From positions 32,001 through 96,000 of IMG/VR virus record IMGVR_UViG_3300025508_000006: DNA of 64,000 nt. One strand, written 5' to 3'. Below the pieces are notes generated by a model that worked only from the letters and a program-made list of their open reading frames with translations, was not told the origin of the DNA and searched no databases. Shown here one piece after another: positions 8,011 to 18,314 of this stretch. This DNA comes from a virus. The translations under genes and the position numbers were made by a program. The number at the start of each line of letters is the position of its first letter. The stretch's first letter is position 1.

Positions 8011-8609
8011 TAGATCATGCTCCGTGAATCTTTATAAACTTGCCCTTTGTTACCCTGGAATTGTGCAGTTGGTAAGAAAGTAGCGATTTCCCATTCTGGA
8101 GGTGGCACATATGCCATACGCCCTTCAATCTGAGATGTTAAGTAGTGCTTGAGACAAGGTTTAAAGAATCGCATCTTCGCACTTCTCTGAAGCATAGAAT
8201 ATCTGGTCTGAAACTTTGTGGTTTCGTCGAATGCTTTATTATTAGTAACCTTCATTAACTCATCAAGAAATCTTGCACGTAATGCGATAGGCAAGTAATG
8301 AAGATTCAACCCATAGAAACCACCCTTTGCAGGACCAACAATGATAACTAGAGGAAATGCATCCCAGTAAGGAAGTGTTTTTCTACCTTTAGCATCATAG
8401 AAATACATGTACATGTCACCGATGCCAGTCTTTTGTTTCGCCTGATTAGCACCACGCAATTCTAATTCTTCTTCGCGCATTAATGCACGTCGATTAAGAC
8501 CACGCATATTCTGCACTTTACGTCTGAACCAAGACTGCGATTCTTTAGTGCGAGGTGTAATACCTGCACGAAACGCTTCTGCTTCTACTTTTTTAAATAT
8601 TTCGCTCAT
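8010..8609 (-). CDS. 2: DNA end protector gp2
   Basis: GDMYMYFYDAK...LPYWDAFPLV, GLNLHYLP, CLKHYL and WEIATFLP. Confidence 0.93.
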   Translation of the reverse strand: MSEIFKKVEAEAFRAGITPRTKESQSWFRRKVQNMRGLNRRALMREEELELRGANQAKQKTGIGDMYMYFYDAKGRKTLPYWDAFPLVIIVGPAKGGFYGLNLHYLPIALRARFLDELMKVTNNKAFDETTKFQTRYSMLQRSAKMRFFKPCLKHYLTSQIEGRMAYVPPPEWEIATFLPTAQFQGNKGQVYKDSRSMI

Positions 8610-8613
8610 AGTT

Positions 8614-9132
8614 CTATTTAGTCTTTTTCCTAGAGTATGGTTTCATTTTCTTTAAAGGTTTAATACTTTTCTTTGGTTTTGCTTTCTGAGTTGACTTAGG
8701 CATAATACCCATTGCAGTCAATTCATTCTCAGTCCATATCTCAAAACCCCAACCATTATCCTTAGCATATGCTGCCGCCGCTTTCCATTTGTTCTGATTC
8801 TTAATGTAAGTCAAACCTTCGTTGATATATCTTTTAGTTTTACGTGAACCTGTGGGCGGTGATAGTTCTTTGTGAGGTTTGATTTCAATCAGCACAGTCT
8901 TGCCTGTACTCTTGTATGTCAACTTCAAGTCCATGAAGTAACGATGATATCTCATATCAACTTCATAGAGATACGGTATTACGGTCTCTTCGCTTGACCA
9001 GTACTTAATGTCAGAGTTATCGTCTGCCCACATAAAGGCATATTTTTCCCATAGAGAGCGATAAACGACCTTATTATAATCCCCTTTGTACTTTTCAGGG
9101 TTTTTAACTTTATATCTTCCAGAATACGCCAT
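8614..9132 (-). CDS. 4: Head completion nuclease gp4 (TnsA-like)
   Basis: MAYSGRY..KNPEKYKGD, YRSLWE, WSSEE.VIPY, HRYFMD, IEIKP and NQNKWKAA. True start is Met45 of the track ORF. Confidence 0.93.
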   Translation of the reverse strand: MAYSGRYKVKNPEKYKGDYNKVVYRSLWEKYAFMWADDNSDIKYWSSEETVIPYLYEVDMRYHRYFMDLKLTYKSTGKTVLIEIKPHKELSPPTGSRKTKRYINEGLTYIKNQNKWKAAAAYAKDNGWGFEIWTENELTAMGIMPKSTQKAKPKKSIKPLKKMKPYSRKKTK

Positions 9133-9141
9133 AAATATACT

Positions 9142-9172
9142 TATAAATAACCTTACAGAAACTCTATTTAGT
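9142..9172. promoter_or_regulatory. Divergent T4-type late promoters
   Basis: TATAAATA at 9142-9149 (+) toward gp48, and variant ACTAAATA at 9165-9172 (-) toward gp4. Confidence 0.7.
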
Positions 9173-9182
9173 AGGAAATAAA

Positions 9183-10436
9183 ATGGCATCTCGCGGACAA
9201 CAAAAACGTGCAAGACAACAGGCGGAACGAGCGGCGGTTCAAGAACAAGCAGAAGAGATTGCAAAGTCGAATAATACGGATACTGGGTTTAGATTCTATA
9301 ATGAAAAATCGCAAGCGCCTGATACTGCGGCAAAGACTAAGGTTATTCATGAAGAGAATATCGAAGAACCAACGCGTGCAGAAAATCCTTCACTGTTTGA
9401 GCAAAATAAGACGCGCAATTTTAGATATCCATTGTCAATGCCCGCATCAGGAAAAGGTTATCCCGGAACGATTACGTTCGAAGCATATAACGTAAAAGGT
9501 GTTGATATAGGCAAGTCGATGAAAGATATATATGATCGACTTATTAGAAAGAAGGAAGTGGTTGAAGATGCAAGCACGGAAGATGAAAAGAAAAGGGCGG
9601 ATGATGCTAAAGAGAAGAATAGCAGAAACCAAGCAGAACTAGATAAAAGTATTTCTAAATTGGGCAAAACTGCTTCTCAGTCTTATGAAAATGTTAATGC
9701 GGGCGAATCAGTTGGTAGTGTTATATTACCATTGCAACGTGATCTACGATTCTCTGACAACGTAGTATACGAGAGTCCTCCTATAGGAATGTTAGGTGCC
9801 GGACTAGAAGGCGCGATCGGCGGTAAGAATCCGTTCGAGGGTGCTACTAACGGTGACGGTACATTTAGTACTGCCGCTTCTGCACTTGCGGCACAAGCAG
9901 TCGCAAAAGCATCAGGCGCTGGAGTCGGTGCATTAGTTGGTAAAATAGCAGGTGGTGCTTTAGGTGGTGCTGTACTTGGTTCTGGAGCAACAGAGAGTTT
10001 GGGTGATGCTGTCAAGAGTGCTACACGAATTGCATCTGCTCCTAATCAAAGAACATTATTTAAAGAAGTACAGATTCGACAGTTTGCATTTACGTTCAAG
10101 TTGATCGCTAATAGTAAGCGTGAGGCAGAAGAGATTAAGTCTATCATCAAGTTCTTCAGACAGGAATTATATCCTGAAATGATGACTGTGGGTGATAATA
10201 AAGTTCCTATCGCATACAAGTTTCCCAATGTATTTTCGATTAATGTTAAGAATCAGTTCGGTGGCAATGCTGCCTCGAAGATACAAAGATGTTATTTACG
10301 AGATGTTCAGACATCATACAATGCCACCGGTAACGGTCTACTAGAAGACGGTAGTTTTATCGAAGTAGATATATCGTTATCGTTTCAAGAAGTTAAAGCA
10401 CTTGATAAACAAATGGTTGCACTAGAGGATTATTAA
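9183..10436 (+). CDS. 48: Baseplate tail-tube cap gp48
   Basis: FRYP, PNQRTLF..V..RQFAFTFKL....REAEEI..IIKFFR, FPNVF, CYL.DV..SY and LSFQEV. Confidence 0.85.
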   Translation: MASRGQQKRARQQAERAAVQEQAEEIAKSNNTDTGFRFYNEKSQAPDTAAKTKVIHEENIEEPTRAENPSLFEQNKTRNFRYPLSMPASGKGYPGTITFEAYNVKGVDIGKSMKDIYDRLIRKKEVVEDASTEDEKKRADDAKEKNSRNQAELDKSISKLGKTASQSYENVNAGESVGSVILPLQRDLRFSDNVVYESPPIGMLGAGLEGAIGGKNPFEGATNGDGTFSTAASALAAQAVAKASGAGVGALVGKIAGGALGGAVLGSGATESLGDAVKSATRIASAPNQRTLFKEVQIRQFAFTFKLIANSKREAEEIKSIIKFFRQELYPEMMTVGDNKVPIAYKFPNVFSINVKNQFGGNAASKIQRCYLRDVQTSYNATGNGLLEDGSFIEVDISLSFQEVKALDKQMVALEDY

Positions 10437-11233
10437 TGTCAAACTATTTCGAAAACTTTCCAAGTAATCTCTACAGTTTTGGTGACGGTGAGAATCCCGT
10501 TTACTTTCAACGATTGAGTAGGTATGTTGATTTAATCGACCAAGTAAAAGATGATATTGGAGGATATATAGAATACGAGATTCTTGAAGGAGATCGTCCT
10601 GACACATTAGCATATCGTCTTTATGGTACTAGCGAGTATGAGTGGACATTCTTTTCAATGAATGAGCGTCTGCGTGAGACTGGTTGGCCAATGAAACTTC
10701 AAGATGTGTATGACTACGCACAGACCAAAGCATACAAGAATTACACTTGTAATATCAATCTTGAAGTTGATTCTGACGCACTTATTCTTTATGGTGATTC
10801 TGCATCAGGACAACAGATGTTACTTTCAGGTCTTGCACCACTTTACGATATTGGTCAAGCAGTAATACTTGGTGAGCAACAAGGTGTAGTTACTGCTAAG
10901 AATTTAGCGGTTGGCGAGATAACAGTTAGAATTGATAGTGCTATAGCGAATCCTATTACTCCTTTGAATCAAACTTACTTGTCGTATGATGATGGAGTAT
11001 CAAATGTATTATCATTGACCTCCTCTAAGTATGAGTACGAAGGAACACATCACTTCGTCGATTCTGCAGGAGATGAGATAGATTATTTTTACAGCAATGC
11101 TGTGGGTAAAATACCGGTAACTAATCTGGAATATTTGATTGCCCAGAATCAAGAGTCTAAAAGAATACGTGTTATCAAGAAACAATTCATCGACAAGATT
11201 GTGGGTGAACACAAGCGTCTGACATCGAGATAA
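10436..11233 (+). CDS. 53: Baseplate wedge gp53
   Basis: YFENFP, Y.I.EGDRPD.LAYRLYG..EY.W, WP and C-terminal PVTN.EY....N..KR.I. Confidence 0.88.
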   Translation: MSNYFENFPSNLYSFGDGENPVYFQRLSRYVDLIDQVKDDIGGYIEYEILEGDRPDTLAYRLYGTSEYEWTFFSMNERLRETGWPMKLQDVYDYAQTKAYKNYTCNINLEVDSDALILYGDSASGQQMLLSGLAPLYDIGQAVILGEQQGVVTAKNLAVGEITVRIDSAIANPITPLNQTYLSYDDGVSNVLSLTSSKYEYEGTHHFVDSAGDEIDYFYSNAVGKIPVTNLEYLIAQNQESKRIRVIKKQFIDKIVGEHKRLTSR

Positions 11234-11236
11234 TTT

Positions 11237-12592
11237 ATGGCAGGAAATAACTCCCAGTATAGTATTCTTGAGGCAGCGGTAATCTCTTCATCGGCAACTG
11301 GTGAAGACAATACTGTTGACATCAAGAGCAACGTAATAGAACTTCAATTCTTCGAGCATCTAGGCAAACCCTACATTGATGCTAGAATTGTTTTCATCGA
11401 CGATATGGGTTTAAAGGCAGCATTAGGCATACAGGGTACAGAACGTATTCGTATTGTTGTGGGTGATGCAGAGCATCCCGAAGAACCAAAAATCATTAAA
11501 TACTTCTACTTTGCTAGAATAGCGGAGACGAAACGAACGAATGAAAGAAGTGAAATTATATCTGCTGAACTTGTTGAAGAGCACGTATATGTGGACGCAG
11601 TTAAACAATTTAGTAGATCATACACCGCTAATCTCGAAGACATCATAGAGAATATATGCAACCGTGATCTAGGCAAAAGTGTTGATAGATTTTTATTCAC
11701 GGGATCAGTACAGGGTGAACGAAAGATTATTGTCCCATATATGAGTCCTATTGCCGCGATACAATGGTTAAAAAATAGAGCAACTACAAAGATTGGTGCA
11801 CCTATCTATCTCTACTCAAGTCTATATCAAGATGATTTGTGCATGTCTGACTTAGACAATCTGTTGGGCGAAACGGTTATTAACAGTAGACTGCCTTTCA
11901 GATATTCTAAAGCACTTCAAGCAAGCGATGATCCTAGACGCAACTTATATGAAATCATTGATTTTAAAGAGGTTGGGGGTGACAATTCTCTCTCATTGTA
12001 CGAAGATGGTGCTATCGGTTCACTCTATTCTAATCTGGATGCTGGTACAGGCAACTCAGTTGATGATCATGTAACAGTACGTGACATCATTGATGAGTTC
12101 TATACGAATGGACTTCTATCAACAGAGTCGATACAATCAGTTTATGATCCTACTTTAGTTATTGATGGTAAATTGTCGGACGAATATAATTCTCTACACA
12201 TACATCAAGTAACATCATCAGGAACTTACAATCAGTTTCCTAGTTATCACGATGAGGCGACTTTACTTGATGGTAATAGTGATATAGTCGAATCAAGATT
12301 AAAAGTGAAGAATAAGATTATACGATCAATTATGAGAAAGAATATGATTGATATAGGTATGAACGGTACATTCTTTTTCAGTGGATCGGTTACTGTTGGC
12401 AATAAAGTTCGACTTCTTTTTCTAAGCAGTAATGTTGAAAGTGACGATAAAGATTTCGTAGAACAGATAGATACGAGAAAGTCTGGTGATTATTTAATTG
12501 TGGCAATAAATCACAAATTAACAAGTGAGAAAAATATCACACAACTAAGACTATCTAAACTTGGCGAACTACCGGACGACTTTGAGTTATGA
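11237..12592 (+). CDS. Baseplate hub protein (gp27-like)
   Basis: Lies between gp53 and gp5; I.G.E.I.I, P.MSPI.AI.WL and C-terminal SGDYLI.AINH. Confidence 0.65.
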   Translation: MAGNNSQYSILEAAVISSSATGEDNTVDIKSNVIELQFFEHLGKPYIDARIVFIDDMGLKAALGIQGTERIRIVVGDAEHPEEPKIIKYFYFARIAETKRTNERSEIISAELVEEHVYVDAVKQFSRSYTANLEDIIENICNRDLGKSVDRFLFTGSVQGERKIIVPYMSPIAAIQWLKNRATTKIGAPIYLYSSLYQDDLCMSDLDNLLGETVINSRLPFRYSKALQASDDPRRNLYEIIDFKEVGGDNSLSLYEDGAIGSLYSNLDAGTGNSVDDHVTVRDIIDEFYTNGLLSTESIQSVYDPTLVIDGKLSDEYNSLHIHQVTSSGTYNQFPSYHDEATLLDGNSDIVESRLKVKNKIIRSIMRKNMIDIGMNGTFFFSGSVTVGNKVRLLFLSSNVESDDKDFVEQIDTRKSGDYLIVAINHKLTSEKNITQLRLSKLGELPDDFEL

Positions 12593-13470
12593 ACATTTTA
12601 ACACCCATACAGAAAGAGTTTTATGGTGATGACAATCGCTGGTTCTTCGGTACTGTTGTCAATGCACATCCGCCGACAGGTCTTGAAGGCAGAGTTAAAG
12701 TTCGTATCAATGGTGTTCATAGTCCTAGCACTGGTGATATTCCTGAGAAAGATTTACCTTGGGCACAAATACTATTACCAACTACTGAGGGCGGTGCATC
12801 TGGTGTCGGTCGCATTCCTCAGATCGTTCAAGGAGCATTCGTCTTTGGGATGTTCATGGACGGCACTACTTCTCAGTTGCCACTTATCATGGGCACATTA
12901 CCTCGTACAGAATATCCCTCTGCTGTACAGACAGGACGAAGAAACCCTGACGAGAATGCTGTTGACTACACTAAGCGAAGATTACAAAATGTAGTGACAC
13001 AGAAGTTTAAAGATGATACAGTAGAGAAAGCACGAATACCTTTACGTAGACAACAGAGCATGAAGTTCTTTATTGACAATGGTTATGATTTAATTCATGC
13101 TGCCGCAATTACTGGTGCACTTCAAGGTGAATCACAGTTTGAAATATACGACGAAGATTTCTTGAACTTCTTCGGCACTCCTAAGTTAGGCATTGCAGGT
13201 TGGAAAAAAGTCAGAACATTAGGCAGTCGATACAACAATCTACTGAAGTTTGCGGCACAGTTCTCACCTAACTCAGATTGGAAGTCTTTCTCTCTGCAAC
13301 TTCAGTTCGTTTTATATGAGTTGAGAACACAATTCGGACAAGAGAACAGTCGATTGATAGCAACAGTAAATATTAAGGATGCGAGTGAAGTGGTGAACAG
13401 ATATTACCTCAAGAATACTAATGTAACTAATAGACTTGCACAACAAGCATACGATGAGGTAATGGTTTAA
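12589..13470 (+). CDS. gp5 N-terminal OB-fold fused to phage tail lysozyme (Phage_lysozyme2-like)
   Basis: WFFGTVV...GRVKVRI.G.H...DLPWA...P; C-terminal AAAITGALQGES...GIAGW...R...L..FA...QLQFVLYEL. Confidence 0.8.
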   Translation: MNILTPIQKEFYGDDNRWFFGTVVNAHPPTGLEGRVKVRINGVHSPSTGDIPEKDLPWAQILLPTTEGGASGVGRIPQIVQGAFVFGMFMDGTTSQLPLIMGTLPRTEYPSAVQTGRRNPDENAVDYTKRRLQNVVTQKFKDDTVEKARIPLRRQQSMKFFIDNGYDLIHAAAITGALQGESQFEIYDEDFLNFFGTPKLGIAGWKKVRTLGSRYNNLLKFAAQFSPNSDWKSFSLQLQFVLYELRTQFGQENSRLIATVNIKDASEVVNRYYLKNTNVTNRLAQQAYDEVMV

Positions 13471-15377
13471 TGTCAAATAGTGAAGTTCTCAAGGATAAGG
13501 TTGCGAATGCACAAAGTGCGGTCGATACGACACCAATTACCAATGCTGCCAATGATGCAGTAAACAACTTAAAGAATCAAGTAGAAACAACTACAGGACA
13601 GATAGCAGGTCAAGTAGAAGGTGGTATACAATCACTGACATCTAAGGTTGATAAGTTTCAGGACAAGTTAAACACTACAACTGTCGAGGGTCTGGTCGAT
13701 GACGGTATAGAAAGTCTCGAAGGAATGGCAACTGATGCTGTTGCCAAATTAGCAACCGATTTCATAGGAAAGTTTGGTTCATCTGTTAAAGTAACATTCA
13801 CTGAACCAGATTCAGCGGGTATGGTATATCCTTTGTCCGCTTCTCTTGTTCCACAAGGTGGAATAAATCCTACTGTTGCATCTATAATACAAGCGATCAC
13901 TGGTCTTGGACTCGACGCGGGTAGTCTACAGAAAGCAGTAGTTGAGGGCAGTCCTCAAGGTCTTATGGACGCAAGCAAAGACTTAGTGGGTCAGATCGGT
14001 GCTTTCAGTGGTGCTGAAGCGATTGCTAGTCTTACAGAAACTGCTGTCAACTCAGTAACCGATGTACTCAAAGACGCGACAACTGGCGCATTAAGTCAAA
14101 TCGTAGATGCTGGTGATAATGTTCTTAATAGTATCAACAAGAACTTATCGTTTCCGAGTGGTTGGGATTCTAATGGTGAAGCAACTGCGTACACTGCTAT
14201 TACAGGAGCAATGGAAAATAACGACAGTGCATTCAATCAATCCATGGCACAGTTATCGGGTTCGATAACAGACTTGAGAGCAACAGTAACTAGCGCACAA
14301 GAGATTAAAGCAAACAAAGCAGGCGAAGTATCCGATCTAGCAAATCTATCAGGCGGTAAAGACGGAAAGACTGTTCAGGCAGATGTTGATAGAGGTGCTG
14401 AATATCGATCACTGTACGACAAGAAAGGTAGTGAGTATCGCACTCTTGTCAATACGAAGATTGCTAATAACTCGAAACGTGGTATCATTCAAGGACTAAA
14501 TCAAGATACTCTAAAGAATATTAATAAAGAGTTCTATGAATTCACCTTTCCTAGAACACTCTCAGTTGAACAGATTACAGACATTGTTGACTTATGTCAA
14601 GGCGATGCTGCCGAGTTCTCTGAAGCAGTTCGAAAGATGTCTGATATAACAAAGAAAGAACATGCAGAGATTAAAACTTTTCTGAGGACTATCGACACAA
14701 CTATCTTTAGTGCAACAGCACCTATATTATCAGATAAAGTATTTGGTACTCCTTATGTTATAGGATCATTCAGAGAGTCTTGGAAACAGGGAGCAGGTGA
14801 TCCTTCATTCCCTTACATATCATCTCGTGAAGAACTTCAAGCAGATTTGAAAAACCTTAGTCGAGAAGTCACTGAGGTTGTTACTCACTGGACAGAGACA
14901 CACACGAACAAGAATATCGGGTCTGAAGAGATTAATAAATACCACATTGCCGCTGGACTAGATGGTATCGGTTATCATTATGTTATCAGAAGAGATGGTT
15001 CATTGCAAAGAGGACGTCCACTTAATATTGAAGGACAACATTCTCCTAATAACAATCATGATAAGCGAAGCATAGGAATAGTATTTGTTGGTGGTATTAA
15101 CGTACCGAGTGAAACACCCAACAGTGAAAACTTTTTATCTGCGCAGTCGTTGACAAGAAGTCAAATCAATACATTCGATCACTTCTGTCGTGCAACATAT
15201 AATATATTACCAGGTGCACAGATCGTGGGACACAGTAACATCGACGAAGACGAGTTTGATCCAGGGTTTGATGTTATCAGTTATGTTAGATCAAACTTTG
15301 GTAAGAAGAGTAAGTTCACAACTCCGCTCACTCAAGTACCCTTTACAATAGATGAGTTATTAACAAATGACAAATAA
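13470..15377 (+). CDS. Helical protein with C-terminal N-acetylmuramoyl-L-alanine amidase (T7 lysozyme/Amidase_2-like)
   Basis: VVTHWTET, GIGYHYVIRRDG..QRGRP...G.H, SIGIVFVGG and IVGH......DPGFDV. Confidence 0.85.
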   Translation: MSNSEVLKDKVANAQSAVDTTPITNAANDAVNNLKNQVETTTGQIAGQVEGGIQSLTSKVDKFQDKLNTTTVEGLVDDGIESLEGMATDAVAKLATDFIGKFGSSVKVTFTEPDSAGMVYPLSASLVPQGGINPTVASIIQAITGLGLDAGSLQKAVVEGSPQGLMDASKDLVGQIGAFSGAEAIASLTETAVNSVTDVLKDATTGALSQIVDAGDNVLNSINKNLSFPSGWDSNGEATAYTAITGAMENNDSAFNQSMAQLSGSITDLRATVTSAQEIKANKAGEVSDLANLSGGKDGKTVQADVDRGAEYRSLYDKKGSEYRTLVNTKIANNSKRGIIQGLNQDTLKNINKEFYEFTFPRTLSVEQITDIVDLCQGDAAEFSEAVRKMSDITKKEHAEIKTFLRTIDTTIFSATAPILSDKVFGTPYVIGSFRESWKQGAGDPSFPYISSREELQADLKNLSREVTEVVTHWTETHTNKNIGSEEINKYHIAAGLDGIGYHYVIRRDGSLQRGRPLNIEGQHSPNNNHDKRSIGIVFVGGINVPSETPNSENFLSAQSLTRSQINTFDHFCRATYNILPGAQIVGHSNIDEDEFDPGFDVISYVRSNFGKKSKFTTPLTQVPFTIDELLTNDK

Positions 15378-16821
15378 ACTAGACAATCTTGACGCACGAA
15401 CAAAGTTTGTTGGTGAAGGTCAGGAAGCAAGTGTGGGTGTTCCGAAAGACGGGTTTGCTGATGCGTCTGGTGAGTTTCCTAATCGCGAATACTTCTTTGG
15501 TAGTAGTATAAACAAGGCAGCAAAAGGCGAAAAGATAAACAATCTTGATTTGGGCGGTGGTGACTTCGGAGTATCAATTGATATTCCATCACAGAAACCA
15601 TCTCAGTTTCCTTATAATCAAGTACAAGAAACCCAGTCTGGTCATTCTATAGAAGTAGACGACACTCCTGGCGGTGAACGTATTCTTCTCAAGCACAGAA
15701 CCGGTGCTGGTGTAGAGTTACGTGCTGACGGTACTGTTCTAATAGTCTCGAAGAATCAAAAGATCGAAGTGACTGGTGGTGATCATACAACGATTATTGA
15801 AGGTGAAGGTAATCTTGTCTATAAAGGTAACCTTAATCTTACTGTATCGGGTGATTATAATGTTGATGTTGAGGGTAATTATAATCTCAATATTGCAGGA
15901 GATAAAAAGGAAGATATTAAAGGTAGACACACCAAAACAGTAAACAAAGATCAAAACTATACTATTCGCGGTTCACGCGGTAGTCAAGTAGTTGGCATGA
16001 ATACAGAAACTATGCTCGGTGATAATAATGTTATTGTCGCAGGAAAACAACAGAACTTAGTACAAGGCAATATAGAGATACTAACAGGCGCCTCACTAAT
16101 TACGACTGCTGTTAATGAGTGGGTTGCGGCGGCATCGACTGCTAATGTAACAGCACGACACGTTAGTATAATTGGTCACAAAGGAACTATCGGTGGACCA
16201 CTTGTCGATTACTACGGTAAAACATATGGCGGTATGCCTGGCGGTCTGACTAATCTATCAACATTCTATGGGACATTAGTGGGTAAAGCATCCGAATCGA
16301 TTCATGCTGACTATGCTATACTGTCGTCTATATCACAGTTTGCAGAAGGTGCGGCAACTGCAATCATTGCTAAGAAAGAAGCGCCATGTATAGTAAAACC
16401 TCCATCACCAAAACCAGGCATTATGCCCTTCATACCAGTCCCTCCTACTGCGCCTCTGCCAAACCCAGCAATCATTGAGACTCAGTTAGCAACAAGTAAT
16501 TATGGTATCAGAAACGTTGTGGTCGATTCAAAACTAGCAGATAAGATAAGCAAGTCAGACGACTATAAAGGACTCTTCAACTTTGATCCTACTATTCATG
16601 AGATTCGTTCTAAGTTACGTGATCCCGCTAACTTTGATAATGGTGGGTTCACAAGTTATCTAGTGAGTGAAGGCAAACTAAACAAAGACTTTAAGAAGAA
16701 CATTCCCCGAAACATTGGACGATCTGCATCTAAGAAAGGAACTATTAGATTTGGCATCAACACTCTCGGCAACAACCCTGCTGACACCAGAAGCAAGCGA
16801 TTTAAGGTAAATACGAAATGA
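15367..16821 (+). CDS. gp5 C-terminal part (cell-puncturing beta-helix)
   Basis: FPYNQV.ET.SGH.IEVDDTPG.ERI...HRTG followed by V.GDYN..V.GNYN repeats. Confidence 0.85.
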   Translation: MTNKLDNLDARTKFVGEGQEASVGVPKDGFADASGEFPNREYFFGSSINKAAKGEKINNLDLGGGDFGVSIDIPSQKPSQFPYNQVQETQSGHSIEVDDTPGGERILLKHRTGAGVELRADGTVLIVSKNQKIEVTGGDHTTIIEGEGNLVYKGNLNLTVSGDYNVDVEGNYNLNIAGDKKEDIKGRHTKTVNKDQNYTIRGSRGSQVVGMNTETMLGDNNVIVAGKQQNLVQGNIEILTGASLITTAVNEWVAAASTANVTARHVSIIGHKGTIGGPLVDYYGKTYGGMPGGLTNLSTFYGTLVGKASESIHADYAILSSISQFAEGAATAIIAKKEAPCIVKPPSPKPGIMPFIPVPPTAPLPNPAIIETQLATSNYGIRNVVVDSKLADKISKSDDYKGLFNFDPTIHEIRSKLRDPANFDNGGFTSYLVSEGKLNKDFKKNIPRNIGRSASKKGTIRFGINTLGNNPADTRSKRFKVNTK

Positions 16822-17585
16822 AGTTATTGGTAGATCCACAATATAATCCAGAGTTTGAAGCGTCTATCACATCAGCAACTAAACTTGGTCCAGGCATATC
16901 GCTTGCTAAGTTTCTGGGTGCTAGAGGATCACGTACACAATTAGAGAAACTATATGCTGACGGTTTCTTTGGTGCACCTGATACAGCACAGATTGCTAGA
17001 AACTTAGTTCTTCATGCGCAGGCAATACAAACTGTAACCGGCAATTCATTCTTTTCTAAACATAGACTAGTAGTGAGTGAAGGTATATATGAACCTAATC
17101 CTAAGTTTGTTATACAAGAGACTAAAGTAAACGACGAAGCGGCAGCAAAGAAACTAGCAGAGAACAATAAAGGTTCTTACGGTAAAGGTCCTGACGGATG
17201 GTTAGCAAGAATACCAGTATACACTGGCGAGAAACCAACGTCAAATAGTATCAACGATTTGCGTAGAACTGGACGCACAGTAGTATATCAACTGATCGAT
17301 CAACAAGGTAAGACTGATCCTAGATTGTCATTTGATCTTGCGGTGTTCTGGAAAGATTATGTGAACTATGATAAGTTGACACTAGACTACGACACTTTTG
17401 ATCCGAACGGTGATCTCACCTGTTCTATTATATTAGAGATGCCGAAGGTTGGTACTGATTGGGATGTAAGTTATAAGTTCAATCTCGAAACAACTTACAA
17501 TGGTGAACTTCAATCAAAAGATGAGTTGTTAGAGATACTTCCTGAAGAAGATGATGAATCTAGCATATTTGATTTTTTCTCTTAG
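16818..17585 (+). CDS. Hypothetical baseplate-region protein
   Basis: 255-aa ORF overlapping the gp5C stop. Confidence 0.65.
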   Translation: MKLLVDPQYNPEFEASITSATKLGPGISLAKFLGARGSRTQLEKLYADGFFGAPDTAQIARNLVLHAQAIQTVTGNSFFSKHRLVVSEGIYEPNPKFVIQETKVNDEAAAKKLAENNKGSYGKGPDGWLARIPVYTGEKPTSNSINDLRRTGRTVVYQLIDQQGKTDPRLSFDLAVFWKDYVNYDKLTLDYDTFDPNGDLTCSIILEMPKVGTDWDVSYKFNLETTYNGELQSKDELLEILPEEDDESSIFDFFS

Positions 17586-17593
17586 AAATAACA

Positions 17594-17601
17594 TATAAAT
17601 A
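17594..17601 (+). promoter_or_regulatory. T4-type late promoter
   Basis: TATAAATA upstream of gp25. Confidence 0.8.
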
Positions 17602-17622
17602 AAAGAAAAAGGTTTTAGTAGC

Positions 17623-18297
17623 ATGGCGAAGATTTTTTCAGCAGAAGATGGTAATCTCAGCACGAGTGTTAGAGTTGTGCGCGAACGTCTGTACTCTGAT
17701 TTTGATCTCACGTTTGAGGCAAATACTACTAGTGGCGGTGATTTATATAAAAAGACAGATGCCGCTTCAGTAAAACAAGCAATCAAAACACTTCTACTAA
17801 CGAGCAGATTCGAGAAACCTTACAAACCACAGTTTGGTGCCGACTTAAACTCTTTACTTTTTGATCTTGCGGATGCTGATACAGGCGAAGAAATATCGTC
17901 TGCTATCAAGACTGCAATAGAAAGATACGAACCACGAGTAGCAGTAACACGACTTCAAGTCTCAGCAACACCAGATTATAATAGTGTTGATGTTGTTGTT
18001 GAATTTCGTGTAATGAATACAGACCAAGTTGACACACTAAGATTATCAGTTGGTGGTCAGACAGCAGGTCCTGCAATATCTATCGAGTTGCCAGTTACAC
18101 CTGATCAGATTGTTGATCGAGTTATACTATCAGAAAGAGAAGGTGTAGTTACTCTAAGAACATTGACCGAAGCGGGTGCATTCTTAATTAGAGACATCGG
18201 TAAGACTGTTGACGGTGCAATATTAACACAAGACGGTGATGAGATAGCGTTATCTGGTGATTCAGGTGACGTACTAATCAAAACCGTAGGATTATAA
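17623..18297 (+). CDS. 25: Baseplate wedge gp25 with C-terminal extension
   Basis: YSDFDL.F, D..SVKQAIK.LLLT...EKPY.P.FG..L..LLF and I..AIERYEPRV. Confidence 0.9.
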   Translation: MAKIFSAEDGNLSTSVRVVRERLYSDFDLTFEANTTSGGDLYKKTDAASVKQAIKTLLLTSRFEKPYKPQFGADLNSLLFDLADADTGEEISSAIKTAIERYEPRVAVTRLQVSATPDYNSVDVVVEFRVMNTDQVDTLRLSVGGQTAGPAISIELPVTPDQIVDRVILSEREGVVTLRTLTEAGAFLIRDIGKTVDGAILTQDGDEIALSGDSGDVLIKTVGL

Positions 18298-18314
18298 TAA
18301 GAGGATAACCAGTA

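Noticed and set aside
9133-9264. N-terminal extension of gp4 in the ORF track
   Set aside because: It overlaps gp48 and the divergent promoters; the conserved start is MAYSGRY at 9132.
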